A stretch of 64,000 bases of DNA from Chrysomallon squamiferum (Eukaryota > Animalia > Mollusca), in NCBI GenBank assembly GCA_012295275.1, contig CM022679.1:4092001-4156000 (forward strand), written 5' to 3'. The position numbers were made by a program, and so were the translations under genes. Below are positions 13,701 to 29,157 of this stretch, piece by piece; the stretch's first letter is position 1; the number at the start of each line of letters is the position of its first letter. The notes under the pieces are model-generated. The model saw only the letters and a list, made by a program, of their open reading frames with translations, had not been told where the DNA came from and searched no databases.

Positions 13701-16700
13701 AAAAAAAACAAAAAAACAACAAAACTAACAAAAAAAAAACCCCCAAAAACAAAGAGAAGAAAAAAAAATTTCAGTTTGTTATCAGAAACTGATAAATACG
13801 GCTGTTTAAAGCATAGAGACAGTATATAGCATGATATAGCGTAATAAAACAAATGTTTTTAATTTATGAAGATATTTCACGATGAATAGTTGAATAAATG
13901 TATAAGTCAGTACGAAACTAACAATCAGAATAAGAATAAAAAGAAGAACTATGATTAGAATATGATAATAGCAATAAAACAATGAACAGTTATAAAATAT
14001 ATAAAATAATAATTAAAAAATTAAGAAGAAAACAGACTCGTTGAATTTTAAAATCATAATGTGGTTTTTTTCCCCTTTTATTCTGAACAGTATTAATTAG
14101 TTTCTGTACAAAAATAAAATTATCGCAGTTAGAGAGGTTCGTCTCAAACATTGTTTACGTAATTTATTTTCAGCTGCATAAAAAGAGCTTAAAAAAAAAA
14201 CCCCCACATATTTTTTCTATTTTTAAATTTTTTATTTCCTTCATGTCAAAACTTTGAGGAGTGATTATGTGCATTTGGATTTCAATGTGTCAACATCAAA
14301 GAATTTCTAAGCTCGGAATACGTTTCAATTTTTTTTTTCTTTCTTTATATTTTTTCAAAAAAAAAAAAAAAAAAAAAAAAAAGATATTAAAAAAAAAAAT
14401 GACATAATTATGAAGTCCTTTGGACATTCAAGGTTCCTTGAACTTCGCCCGATATTTATAAGATGCTTCTCAAGAGAACGTAAAACTTTGTGAAAAAAAA
14501 AGAAAAAAAGGAAAAGAGTCAAGAAAAGAAAATAATAATCAAAGATAAAGTTCTGAAACGTGGACGTTGCCAACGCGACATACTTCATTACAGAACCATC
14601 GAAAAATAATTGAATAAAATTTTATCAGATTCAATCAAAAAGACACAACACTCTCAGGAGTTATTTTCTATTACCAGGATCCCGCAAAGTGTCCAACAAT
14701 AACAAGAAAAACGATGTAATTTTACGATTGAGCAGCCAAATAATTTAAACGCTGACCCCGAACGCCATTTGGAGTTGCGTTCCAGCACAGATAACTGCGT
14801 GACCAATTCCTCGGTTTGACATAACGAAAAAGATTCCACCCCAAAGCCTGTCAGTTCCGAATCGATAGCAAATCGCTGGCTCCAGAAACCTCCTTTGCAA
14901 CCGAAAATATCTGAGTACTGAAGATTAATAATTGATACGAACTGTCAAAAAATTTCTTCTTATTAACTAATGTCTACAAACATGGCGGCCATAAAATGCC
15001 TCCGGAACGTAACTAAGCTTGATGTAAAGTCGTCAGCGTCTTAATACCGCGTGCTGTTGAGAACATAAAAAAAAAAGTCTTGGGTCAGATAGTTTATTTC
15101 GTATGATTTGTAATAGCTCGTATTATGTCAACAAAAACGTCCACATTCATCTCGGCTAGTTTCGGGGCTCGAACGTCGCAGATTAACAAATGGCAGCAAC
15201 AGCGCACCAATCATAAGGAAGACGCATTTACCATGAATCAAGTCAACGCCGAAGTGATCTAACACTGTGCAGAACAAATGGCGCCTGACGTGAATAAAAC
15301 ATTCCGTATTATTAGTTGTTTTTTTTTGTGTTTTTTTTCTAAAACTCTTTTTGTTCCTTGTTAGTAATCTTGTTGTTCATCACCATTACCGTCATCATTA
15401 AATCATTTTGATGATTACGATGTTGATCATTGTCATGTTTATTATTGTAAATTATTGTTATTATTATTATTATTATCGTGATTTCTTTTGAAATATGGCT
15501 TGTATTGCTTGTTTTGTTCAATTAGAAATTTTTCAATATATATAAATATATTAATTAATTAATTAAAAAAAAATTAACACACACACACACACACACGCAC
15601 ACATATATGAAAAATAAAATAAATAGAATAAAGTTCCTTAGGAAAATGAAGTGAAAACAAACAAACAAAATAAAATCCTAACGAAACCCATATAAAAAAT
15701 TCAATGTTTTCTAAAATGTTTTCTTATTTTTTAAAATTATTTGCTTATGGACAAGAATAAATTGTCTCATTCTATTTTTTCCTTTTTATTATTGTTATTA
15801 TTAGTAGTATTTTTAAAGTATTTTTTATTACAATACTAACGAACTAACATTTACACAAATCCTTAATCATCTATAAACGTAGAAATTAGTTTTAACTTAG
15901 CATTACAGTTTAACGTCAAGTAAACATCGTTGAAAACACCTGCTCACATTAGATTCCTGGTTCAACAGTATTTCATATAAAAAACAGTGTTAGTATCAGG
16001 ATTATATATAAAAAGTGCCTTTTCCTTATTTGAAATCCTCGTAGTGAAGAAATTCTTTATTTCCATCGTTTATTTGTACATGAATAAACAAACAAACAAA
16101 CAAACAAACAAAAACAAAATAAAACAAAAAAATAAAAAATTTAAGAAACACAAATCTATTAACCATGTTTACATAAAAATCCAAATGGAGTGGTTTTGCA
16201 TAAAAAACGTTTTGACGTTTTTCAGCCTGTGGATTATTAATCTGTATGTACCATTCATAAAAGATAAAAATAAAATATGTTGTGCAATAAACTCTAGACA
16301 ATTTTAAAACAATAAATATCGAAAATCCTCTCCTTTCAGTTCTTTCAGTATTATCTAAATCTTAGCATTGATGACATAACCCAAACATTTTACCATCACA
16401 TTCATTTACCCATTACCCATCAAATCTGCAAACACCATGACAATCCTTTCTGGAACAGAAATACTTTCAACTGATACAATGTGACAGTAATCAGCCAGCT
16501 GTCACTGGATGTAGTCACAAAACAAGAAACTGTTATGAGAAATGCTTTACCGCGGTTACAGCAGAGTCAAAGTTTATGATGAATAGAGTGGGGTCATGAA
16601 ATACAATGTGATCCTTTTTATGCAGAACTGATCTTTGCTGTAGCTTGAGTTAATCTTTCAGGATCAAGCTTAATTCGGAATCACTACCAATATGGAACCA

Positions 16701-18267
16701 TTTTCGCTGGTTAGGCTATAACGGTGCTTCATTATATTGGCGTTGGGTCGGGGCTAAATATTGGTGGAAAAAAAAAAAAAACTAGTATTTCATACATTTT
16801 ATTTATGGCAAGCACGTAATTTTTCATGACTTTTCCAAAGGTCCTGGAAAAGACTGTGATGAAGTTCCCTAACTTTTAAAGACTTTCAAAAACCCAGGTT
16901 ACTGTTATTACTATTTCTATTATTACTATGTTTTTGCTGTTGTTGACGCTGATGCTCACTCTGCTGTTGTTGGGGATAAGCAGAGATGTTTTAACGGTTG
17001 CCTTTATAACCGAGCAATATCACGTAATCGTAATTTAATTTTTCTTTCATTTTCAGCGATATTTCGCATTCAATTTATTTTTCCTGAATTCTAAAAGACT
17101 TTTCAGATAATCGTTTCATGTTACCGTATTTCCCTAATGTATTATATCAGACTAAGTCAACACGTAAAGCGAATCATTTCACTTTATTGATATTTCTCTA
17201 TGCTTTTGCGTGTGAATGTAGAGTCAGAGCAAGTCGAAGATATTCATAAAAGAATACGCCACCAAAAGATATTTTAAATACATAGAGATAGACAGAGAGT
17301 TAAACGAAGGGAAAGATATATATATATATCTAGAAAAGAGCAAGAAAGAGAGAGAGATAGAGTAATGTCAAAGAAGCAAAGAAGATAGATATGTGTATGA
17401 TATAAACTACTGCAAGTTTAACTATTAAAAGGCTGAACAATGTAAGTGTATAGTTTATATGTTCAGTGGTACCTGTTTTCATCGGCCTCTGAGGTACAGA
17501 CACTTTTCAGAGTCCCGATTGTTTTTCAGTCACGATTTACTTTTGTTGTGGTTGCTGGTGTGATGGTTGTGAATAAACACTGTACATGTGTTTAAAAAAA
17601 TAAAACAATTTCTGTAATTTTTGCCCTTCTGAAGAAAGACACCTGCAATGTAGGGATACTTTTGCTCGGCTCGAGGAGTGTCTGTACAAAACAGATACCA
17701 CTGTATATGTACACATAAAACCGTACAAAAAATTACTTGTCCGCAGTAAGACTTTAGCATTCAAAAATGTTCAATAATGTATACAGAGAGAGTAAAAAAA
17801 AAAAAAAAAATAATAAAAATAATAATAATAATAAAAAATAAATACGACATTGAAAATGACTTGTCTGCAGTAACTGGGAACCTTGAACTGCTGGTGTGAT
17901 TGCTTTGGAAGATGCAAGTGGTCGCAGGTCCCGGAGGATCGCCAAGTGTCGACTGGCTATCAGAAGGGCGACGTAATGGCCACTGCTCGATGTCAAACAC
18001 AGACACGGGCTACACTGACGCGGCTAATTATTTTCGCGACGAATGTAAATAGTGTTTTACTTATTTAATTAATAGCAAATTGCAAATGTTCGGGCGCCAT
18101 GCAGTATTTATTGTCTGTTGACGATTTTGATAGGAGTCGATGATGATGATGATGATGATGATGACGGTGATGATAATAATGCAGATGATTTGATGATGAT
18201 GATGATGATGTTGTTGGTGATTTAATAACATGGCATATGTTTTTCTGTTTTTATTATATATATACAC

Positions 18268-18298
<31 letters not shown>

Positions 18299-18704
18299 CA
18301 TACAACTTCTGGATCATAAAGTACAAATGATTTTAATGTCTTTATTCATTTACAAGACCCATATGATGCCGTTATTACCTGTTACTCTACAAATACTACA
18401 ACATATTTCAAAGGTCGGTCGTAAGGGAAACATTAAAATGACATTAAATATTGAGAATATCAAATTAGAAATAAAATAAGGTCATGGTTAAATATTTGTG
18501 CACCTAATTCTTAGTGAAGCACGTTGATAATATAATGTGAATGTTATTTTTTTCATTATTTTTATTTAAGTTTTTCAATTAATTAAGATAATACAATTTT
18601 GCGATATAAAATAAAAATGGAACATATTTTGGTTTTTAATAATTCAACAATTAAGTCTAAGTGAATTGAAAAATATATACAGAAAAAGTGTGTGTATGTG
18701 TGTT

Positions 18705-18807
<103 letters not shown>

Positions 18808-21800
18808 GGGAATGGATAGACAAAACAACATACACAGAGGGATATTGTCAAACTAACGAGATCGTTATCTGACATCTATTTGACATTTGCTATATACTTT
18901 GGCTTTTATTTGTTTTTTATGATAATTAAATTACTTCGACGAAAATAGTAATAACTAAATTTAAATCTTACATGTTGAATACTCGATGGAAAGGCATAAA
19001 AATATTCATATTTTTTTATATTGGCCATCTAGTGTACTGAGTAGAAAATGTTAGTGTAGCGAACTCGAAGGAACCATTGTTGTAAGGTAGCTACTGTAAA
19101 AACTGGCCAAATTATAAAATTTTACTTTATCCATTATTGAAATTTCCTTAGTCGTTTTCAATATTATGTCACAACTTTAAATTAATGAGCATCTTAGATG
19201 AAATTAGCCTTAATATTCTCTATGCACTTCAAATGGATGTATCATTTGTAACTTGGCATTGACCTTTGATATAATAAAGTGTACAAATATATATATACAC
19301 ACACACATATATATATATATATATATGAAAGTGTGATGCACTTATATATGTATGCAAACATGATTACATACACACATACATACATATATCATATTATATA
19401 CGCCAACATAAATCAAATATACATGTATGCATATATGTACATACATACATACAAACATGCAAACATACGAAGACATATATAAACACAATATCAGTCACAC
19501 ACAGATATGCAGGAACGATGCCTCTGTTGATTTGTAATTAGATTATGATATAAAAATAACGAATGGAATCCTTTCAAGTTTGTGTCTAGTTCTAATGTAG
19601 TATTAACCTACATGTGACAGTGTTAAATCATACAAATGTATCCGATTTGACACTGCAGGATTTCAAGCGAGTGTTTAAGGGTTTCCTGAACTTCAGATAT
19701 GTTGGCATCGCTGTCTGGAACAATTGAAATGTACGTTACAAACTGCATTAGGAGTTTAATTCTGCAATGAGCTGTTTTTGCAAATGTCGTGAAATATCAG
19801 CTGTCACAGAAGAAAGTTAACGACTTTCAAGTACTTCCCCCCAAACGAAAAAATAACAAACAACAACAAGAAACAAGCAAAACAAAACACACAAAAACAA
19901 AAAAACAAAAATAAAAGCCAAAACAACTTGGAAATGAAGATATTTAAATGTCAATTTGTTGATGAATTGTATCAGTTACTTTTCATCTCGTTACTGTCGT
20001 TATCTTCATCATTATATGTCATTATAAAAATTATGGCAATAAAATAAAGGAGAGATTATTATGTTATTATTATTATTAATGTTATTATTATAGTTATCGT
20101 GATCATTGAACTGTCGTACCAATAATATATATTGAATATATTTAAAATTAGAAATTTTGGCTGCTTTCTGATAAACATTCGAGAACATACGTTTATATTT
20201 GGGCAGAAAGAGCTACAAAGAAATCTTATATAACCAAAAAATTCACTAATTTGGTGCATGTTAACGTTTACAGATGTTGTTTCAATCCTTATGAAAATTT
20301 AATCTTTTAAGGGAAGTCATTGGAGTTTCTTAATCAGTGGACGAATTTTCTCAATGACTTTGTTTCTCAAACTTCAGGAATAAATGACGCACTTAAGAAA
20401 TAACTGCTCCACGTGCTGAAACAGTTACCATGTTGGTTTAAATATATCATCGGTGCTCCTCAGTTAATGGAGGAAATTAGTCAAATAGATTCAGCAAGAA
20501 ACGATTACGTGGAACAATGGCGTCTTGTATGAAATAATTGATTCTTTGTTTTCGCTGCGAGGTAAGCGTTAATGTACTGATATTTCCTTGAATTGGACAG
20601 GATCCTCGGTGAAAAGCAAGATGCGACGTCTGGTCGAGTCTAAACCTAATCTGCCAGGCCGAAATTAATCCGTCAAGTGTTGACGGCCATGATTAGCGAA
20701 TTTCATAAACCATAAGAACCGCTGACCACGTAGGAAATTGTCAAAAGTGAAAAGCAAATGAGAAGTATAAAGTATAATACTGTGTTTACTGGACGCGAAT
20801 TGTGGTCATCGGAAAGCGATTTGAAAACTGCCGCAAAGCGATCATTGTGAAAAGTCTGGCATCCAACAACTCGTAATAGAAATCTAGGTTTCAAGTGTCG
20901 TCTGGCTTGAGCTAGTCTTTAATAAACTAACAGTGAAAAATATTAGTCTGCCAGTCTTAAACACAATTATCTGGTGACATAAGATTGTGTACCCATGTTG
21001 GAAGTCAAACAGCTACTCTCTGATTCAGTTATAATGAAACCTAGTCAGGTCACGTGACTGTAAACCGAGATAATATATTATGTTTTACATTTCTGGACTG
21101 CTTAGTAATTTGTTTTCAATACATATTCACAAAAAAAATTCCAGTACATGTGAATGAACAAGATTCGCTAACCGAAACCAAGTTTAAATTATCTGTGCAG
21201 TAAAACTTACTCCAGTTTGCAAGATTAATACTGTCGTGAAAACAAAACAACTCATTATATTAACAGGAACAAAACTGCAGTTAATATAGGTTATTTGAAT
21301 AATGAAAAACAAAAACAAGAATAATGACAACAACAACAAAAATAATAAATAAATAAATAAGTAAAAAAATAAATAAATAATAAAAAATATAACCAGTTCG
21401 AAAGAAAAAAAAAAGAAAAATCTTTTAAATTAAAAAAACAAAAAACAATAACAACTCAGAAATGGTAAAATACTATCGCCAAAACAAAAATTCAGTATTA
21501 TAATCTATGATTAAAAATATAAAATGTAAACCTAATTGAAGTTATACTAATTAAATATGAAAATACAAATTCTAATGAAAATAACTGCCTTTTGATTGCA
21601 ACGAAAGCTTTTTCCTTTTAAAATGTAAATGAAAATTTGTTGAATACTAAAGTCAGTTTTGGATGTTTATCCCAATCTGGCTCAAAAAGGAGAAACTTAA
21701 TAAATTAAATTTAAAAATCAAAGTGAAATAAAAACCATCACATTTATATTATTTCTCATTTATTTAAGAGCTTCGCAATCGCTTAAATGTTTTGTTATCC

Positions 21801-22048
21801 ATGAGGAAAACGTTTAAAAGATCCCTTGCTGCTAGTTTCTAGAAAAAAAAAGAAGAATATTTCACATGTTAAGCTCTGCGGAATCCATCTTCATTACTCT
21901 TGATCTCTGAACAAAACATGAAATGAAATCGTGCATTACTTAATAGTCGTAACGTTTTGTACAAGTGACATCACCTGATCCATCTCCTCTGTGGCCAGTT
22001 CTGCTGAACATCACGATTCATTTTTACTAATTCTTTGTGCAAAAATTA

Positions 22049-22087
<39 letters not shown>

Positions 22088-22642
22088 AGTAAATAACACA
22101 CTAACACACACACAATTAAAGAAGCGACTGCTGAAGAAGAAGAAAAAACGTTTTGCCATAAATATTTTAAACAAAATCTCTTGCGCAGTTTAATAATATT
22201 TTAAAGTATTTTTTAAGTGCTTTCTTCTCTAATTTGCGCGATGCTTTATTTAATTAAAAGCTACAAACGTTTCTCAAAAAATATATATAAAAATAAAAAC
22301 AATAAAGAAAAAAAAAAAAACGTAAATGGTTTCATGCCAAACATTCAAGACCGGTTATTAAAATGCTTCATGTAAGAAAACAGAAAAAGAAAATAAAAAG
22401 CTGTTTTGCCACGAACATTTTAATCAACTAACACAACAACAACAACAACAACATCATCAAGACAGAAGAGAGAGTGAGAGAAAAAATAAACTGAAAGAGA
22501 GAAAAGTAACGTAATTGGAACTTTTTCCAGATATGCTTCAGCTTGTATATAAGCTAAATTGATTTTTTGTAGAAATATTGGCATTGAAAATACAGCTGTG
22601 ACTGTATGGTTAACATTTCACATTAGAAATAATAATATGATG

Positions 22643-22684
<42 letters not shown>

Positions 22685-22839
22685 TATATGATGATGATGA
22701 TGATGATGACAATCTCTTATATAAATAACAATGTGTATATGTGTTTGTGTGTGTGTGCGTGACACATAAAAAAAAACTCGATAAATAAAAAAAAAACAAA
22801 ATAAAAAAAAAAAAAAATAAAATAATAATAATAATAAAA

Positions 22840-22882
<43 letters not shown>

Positions 22883-24350
22883 CGTTTTCTTTCTGATAAA
22901 ATTTGTGCATCGCAGAACATAATGTTCCGTATTTCCCAGATGTACAATATTTCTATTTACGTAACATTAAATTTTGTTTTGGTGATGGAGAATTTGCATC
23001 TTGGTCCCAGAGTTTAATCTGCTTAACGAGGAAAGAAAACAGGGACAGACCAGTTAAACTGTGAAAGTAATCAATTTGTATTTTATATTTTCTGAAATCG
23101 GGGGGGAAAAAAAATAAGGAAAAAAGTTAACTGTCTCATCAATTTTTTTTTTTTTTTTTTTTAATTCTTCTTTTCTTTTAATTTAAAGGTAATGAAAAAG
23201 ATCTTTATTTTTGGATAGGTAATCCAAACGAAAAATACCACCAAAGGTATTCTTGAATAATGAAAGTTGTTTTTTCATGCAATTAAGAAAAACTAGGTTA
23301 TTCAAAACATACAAGTATAATATCACTTCTAATTTAGAACCAGCTTAAAACGTAAGCATGAGTATGTTTTATATGTTGTAGGTTTTTCATATAAACAAAA
23401 CATGTAATAATTATATCTACTGAGAAAAAGTTTAAAATCTTTTTGTATTAAACGGAAATTCATATAAATGCAAAAAGGAAGTAAAAAATACAAGAAAAAA
23501 CAAACATCAAATAATGATGATAATAATTTTAAGTAGAATCAAACAAAAACAAAAAACAACCAAAACAAAAATATAAATGAGAAATATATAATAATAAAAA
23601 AAAAGAAAAGAAAAAAGATAATAACAATTATTTTCAATGAATGATCATTTTGAAAAAGAATTACAAGAAACCACATTTTTCTCTATCGATCATTACAAAA
23701 AAAAAAAAAAAAAAAAAAAAAAAAGGAAACCTCCAGAATATTCCTTCTAGCCTGGATGGGTAACCGCATAACGGGAAAAAAATTAAATATAATAAAGTTA
23801 AAAATTAAATTAAATAAAGTTAAAAATTAAATAAAATAAAGTTAAAAATTACATAAATCTCTTGGTGTTGCAGAGTGAAGTTATAACACCAGACATGATG
23901 GAGCCGCTCTTAAGTTTAGAAAACGTATTGAAAGAAAATATTAGAATTATTATTGGAAAAGAAAAAAAAAAAATTCTCTTTGGTATAAAATGCCGGAAAT
24001 ATTGAGATCAAAGAAAAGATTTTTTTCTTTGTTAAATTATATTGCTGCAAAAATGATTATAACAGCAATTTTTAATAATAAAAAAAAAGAATTAATAAAA
24101 GGGGGAAAACGAAAAAACAACGCAACATAGTCTAGTAATTTAGTCGATGTTCGTTAAATGCTTGTACAAGTTTGGTTGCAGTGATCGTAGCACTGGTAAA
24201 TTTAACACACATTTCTCTAATTAATGATTTTTCTTTTTAATTTTTTTTTTTTCAAAGATATTCTCTTTACTTTTCTTATCAAATGTTCTTTTTGCTTCTA
24301 TTGATAAGCAAAAATGCTTTAGAAAAAACAGAACAACCCCAATCCAAGAG

Positions 24351-24385
<35 letters not shown>

Positions 24386-27086
24386 AAATTAAATTAAATA
24401 AAAAAAAAAAATAAAAATAAAAAAAAACTGTCCGGGGTCGCAACTAGTCAAATTTTAATACATTCTAAGGTTTTCTTTGTTCTCGTATATTTTATGTTTT
24501 CATCTGATTACTTAATAGTATTTACTTCTAAACAGAAAAGGGAAAGGCAAATAGCGATCTTGAGTCCGTGCTTGCATATCTCAGTGCAGTTTTTCTCTAA
24601 CTGTGATATATTTTCTTTGTCCAAAGCTAGGATAGGGCAAAACTTCAATTTTCTTTAACGATGTTTTATGTCGATTCCATCGATTACATGCCATTGTCTC
24701 AAACAACCAACATAACGTCAAACTCTTTTCACGATTTGTTTTGAAATTAACTCTGAAATTTGATTTATAAAGCTTGGTTTTCGTTTGAAATCGTGGGTGT
24801 GGTTTGGTGCAGACGTTATTTGTGCGGCTGGGATCGGCTGTAACGTAGCTCTGTTTCAGTTTGATTGTCGTAATGACGTAGTGCACGTCATGAAAGATTA
24901 GCTTTGTGCAGAAGCAAACTGTCTTTGTTAATTCCCAACAGAAAACGAAGAGAATTTGTTTTTAAATGTTTAGCAAAGAGCAGCGTGTTTCAGATGTAAC
25001 TGTACAATGGTGCTTGGGAAAAATCGTACTTCTTTTTCATCACATTCTTATTTTTTTTTTTTCTTTCTGTTTTTGAAAAGCATAACAATGATTCAGTTAT
25101 TATTTATTTATCATAAAATTATATATTAAACAATTATTATTAATAAACACTGATTTGAAAACATTACAAGTTTATAAATTCTTTTGTCTTGGGCATATAC
25201 AAACAGCTTTGATGAAATGCCGTTACAGACAGAAATAGTGATTCTTTCAATACATCGTTGAAGTGAAAAAAAAAACAAAAAAAACAAAAACAACAAAAAA
25301 CAAAACAAAACAACAACAAAAAATAAACAAAAAAAAAAAAAAAAAAAAACAACAAAAAGAAAACAAACAAACAGTTTATAAGTGTCTGTTTATTTTGTTT
25401 ATATTTCTTTATATTTGGGTATATTTAGACGTTAACCTTCATGGTATTCATTAATAACATTTTAAGAATAATTTATTTTATTTAAAATTATTTTTACCAA
25501 TTGCACGTATCTGGTGCCTTACTTCATAATAAATTTAAGACTTTAAGTCCAGAATAGTTAACTTAAATGCACATTAATATCAGTTATCTTGATTAGTGTC
25601 GGCAAATTCCGATATCTCTCGCTTATTTTAGATTCATCGGTATCTTCAAACAGTGGGAGAATTTCGATATAATTCGGCATTATTCGTTTAACTTCGGTAT
25701 ATCTCGATATATTTCGAGACAGGTTTCGTAGCAGAAGAATGGATGTCTAAATTATCTTATTTGACTACGAGACTAACCAGTTTGTATTAAAGAACAAAGT
25801 AACTGCATAACGCCTCTGAAATATTAAGAAAAGCTAGCGAGCTACTCTCTATATTAAACTAATCACGCCATAATGAAACAGACAACCGTAATATAACTTC
25901 ATAAACGACATATGGTTGACAAGCTGTCGACGTTGATTTAGACTAAATTGCCGTAAATTGAGTTTTGTCGGCACTACGTCGCTGTCGTTGCAGTGGGTAA
26001 CAGAGTATAATGAGCACCAAGCAGTGAAGGAGATTGTAACTAAAAGAGTTAAGTTCAGTGTTAATTCGTATAATTGTGATTTGTGATCATCTGTCAGAGT
26101 GATAAAACAGACAAACGTGTGTCAGTACAGACATCTACACGTCTGAATGTGTGTTCGTGTGTGTATTTGTGTATGTGTATGTATGTATGTATGTATGTAT
26201 GTATGTATGCATGTATGTATGTATGTATGTATGTGTGTGTGTGTATATATATATATATGCGCGTGTGTATATATGTGTGTGTGTGTGTTTGTATTTTTAT
26301 TTTTGTATATATTTCTGTATATGTACAGGCACCAATACACAAATATATATACATGTGTGTTTGTGTCTATTTACTAATGTGAGTTGGTTTATGTATATAT
26401 GTAAGCACGCAAGCACGCCATCATGCATATACCTATGCAAATATACACATAGGGATATATAAATCTTGACAAATTAGTATGAAAAAAAGGGGGAAAAATC
26501 AATTATTATGTTGCAAACTAGTATATCAATGACAGAAAACTTTAAATCGTTCCTTTAAATAATACCATTTATTTTATCAAATAACGAAACGAAAAAGATA
26601 AATGGAAGAAAAGCAAATAGAAACAGACAGACGGAATCTATTTTCAGTCTAACATCATTTGCGAAGGTAAAGATCATTAATAATGGAACTGCTTAAACGG
26701 TTCCTGAAACGGCTGGAACAAGTATTCAGACGTTACTCAAGAGAAAGCGGTCTCAGACAATAACTCGTATTACCAGTGGTCCCAGAATTGAGCTAAACAT
26801 GTCATACAGTGTCCTGCAGCCAGATCTGGCTTGTCTCAACTCTGGTCAAATTAACAACTGAATATTTATCTCAAGAATTAAAGTCATGAATGGCCTGCAT
26901 TCATGAAACCCGTTGTAATTTCTGGCTTAAGTAAAATAATCTTGAGCACGTAAGTGAGTTACGCCGTTCAACAGTTAGGCCACTTGCCATTCCAACCAGT
27001 GTTATTTTATCAAAGAGCGAATGCAATTCCCTGTATGTAAGTCTTTAGACAAAATATTCCTAACTGTTGACCGATAAGGGTAGACA

Positions 27087-27116
27087 ATAATGATAATAAT
27101 AATAATAATAATAATA

Positions 27117-27173
<57 letters not shown>

Positions 27174-27183
27174 TGATGATGAT
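27087..27183. repeat. (AAT)n/(GAT)n microsatellite
   Basis: Direct inspection. Confidence 0.9.
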
Positions 27184-28524
27184 ATATAATACTGTCTCTC
27201 GTATATTTTAATGATGATGGTAGTGATGATGATTATCAATCTGAATACTGAAACAAGAAAGATATAGAACTAAACAAAATACATAGTCTTGTATACATTA
27301 ATTTCCAATGGTCTGCAGTTTCTAGTTTACGTAAAGTTCTAAATAAAAGCCACTAATTGTCTCAAAGGACAAATAACATATCGGTGTGTTAGTACTGGGT
27401 AGCCTGCTTCTTCTATAGACCGCTTAAACACATATAACGTGGGCGAAACAAGAAAACTGTCAGACAATTCTGTCGAAGACTGACGAAAACCTACAGAAGT
27501 TAGTGCCTTAAATAAAATTATCTTTAAAAGATATAAACCATTTGACATGTACTTACGGTGCACGGGGGATTCAAGCACGCTTTTCTTGGGCACATAAACC
27601 CTCAGAAGCTTTATTTGCTAAGACGGTTGTGGTTTTGACGTATTAGAAAATATGTTTATCAAAACGTGTATAATCCTTTTTCAGTTTGTAGTTTGTATTT
27701 GCGTAACAGTCCTTCCTGCCAAGCAAAACTCCGACATCTTAGCAGTTGCTCCGTTACTGGAGTTTAAGATGAAGTCAGTGAATCGTCCGTTTCAGGTTTT
27801 AATATTTTTATTATTTCATTATTTTTAAACAAAATTCAGCATCAGAACACTTTTCCAATTGGCTTAAATAAAGCTTACTTTATTACAGATGTCACGGTTA
27901 TAATAAAAAAATCTGTTTCAGTTCAAATCAAGTTTACGTTCGCTTATAAGTTCGCTCGCCACAACGGTGTGTGATAAAAATTTCTGGTTTAGCTAACATT
28001 ATTATTATTATTTTTTTTTTAATGAAATACGTACTGATTCTTCCATGTCTGTTGGTTTAAGTAAAGATCTATTAAAATTTAAGTAAAATATTTTCTTAAA
28101 GAAAGTCAGTGATGATTTGAATTTGAAATATTGTTCGAGTTCTGCTATATATTGAACTATCTTCTGTGCTAGAAATACCTAATTTGGGGTTTAAATAAAA
28201 GTTAATTTTGGAATAAAAGACACTAATGGTTACCTGGTTCAGATAAAATGATTATTGAGTAAAATGATGATAATAATAAAAGGATATTTTTAGAAGTTTT
28301 ATCTGATGATGGTTTTGTAAACAGCAGCAGCCAAGTCTTCAATAATTATTATATTTAAAACTAACAGCAGAAGAAAATTCAATATTCGATCGAAAAAGAA
28401 AACGAAACAAAATCCAAAATATAAAAATATAAAAATTAAATTATATTCAACAAAGATTTTTTTCTTTTCTTTTTTTCTTTTCTTTTCTTCGTTTTTCACT
28501 GAGGATCAGGAAAATACTAACCCC

Positions 28525-28557
<33 letters not shown>

Positions 28558-28802
28558 ATTGAACAATTTTTTTTGTTGTTGAACAAAGACAAAACCAAAG
28601 TGAGAAAAAGTACAACTATATAATTAACTTTTTTTTTTTAAAAAGACATTATTATTATTAGATACATCATCATGTAGTAAATAAAAAAAAAAAAACAACA
28701 ACTAATAATTATAAAATAAATTGCTGTATACCTACACAAAAGAACAACAATAAGAAAGACTAAGCGATGATTACAACATAACAGACTAATACATTTACAT
28801 AC

Positions 28803-28872
28803 CTAGTGATATCACAAGAGCTGGAGCCAAGAAAACCAGATAAACAAGTCCCGGAAACCGCCGAATCTCCAT
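28803..28872 (-). CDS. Nicotinic acetylcholine receptor subunit, first coding exon (signal peptide MEIRRFPGLVYLVFLAPALVISL+G)
   Basis: ATG at 28872 is in a strong Kozak context (A at -3, G at +4). It is followed by a basic n-region and hydrophobic h-region over 23 codons, then a phase-1 donor G|GTATGT. The phase matches the phase-1 acceptor at 6426 (G+AT = Asp). Not in the ORF track. Confidence 0.8.
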
Positions 28873-29157
28873 GATGACCAGCCGTTCTTGAAGGCATCAA
28901 AAAGATAGCACTTAAAAAAGTTAAAAGGTGTCTTCAGACTTGCACTGTCACATAACGGTTCATCCTGGGCTGTGGCACTAAGTTAAGTCTTTGCAAAAGT
29001 CGATCTGCCGTTCGAGGTCCTCATTTTGATTGTCGGCTGCTCCAGTGTTTTGCGCGGGAACACCAAGCTAAGCAGACGAGTCCATGCATCGATCACTGTT
29101 GCCCCTCCTTAGCACGCGCTGGGAACCTCGGAATGCCAACAGTCGTCGTTATCATCG
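28873..29157 (-). other. Putative 5'UTR portion of the nAChR signal-peptide exon
   Basis: A strong polypyrimidine tract and ccAG acceptor (AG at 29159-29158 on the minus strand) precede a GC-richer 285-nt block running into the ATG. This implies a further upstream non-coding exon. Confidence 0.55.

Noticed and set aside
17473-17482. Possible alternative first coding exon ATG AAA ACA G|GTACCA (phase 1) on the minus strand
   Set aside because: It encodes only 3 residues, has no signal peptide and a weak donor; unsupported without transcripts.
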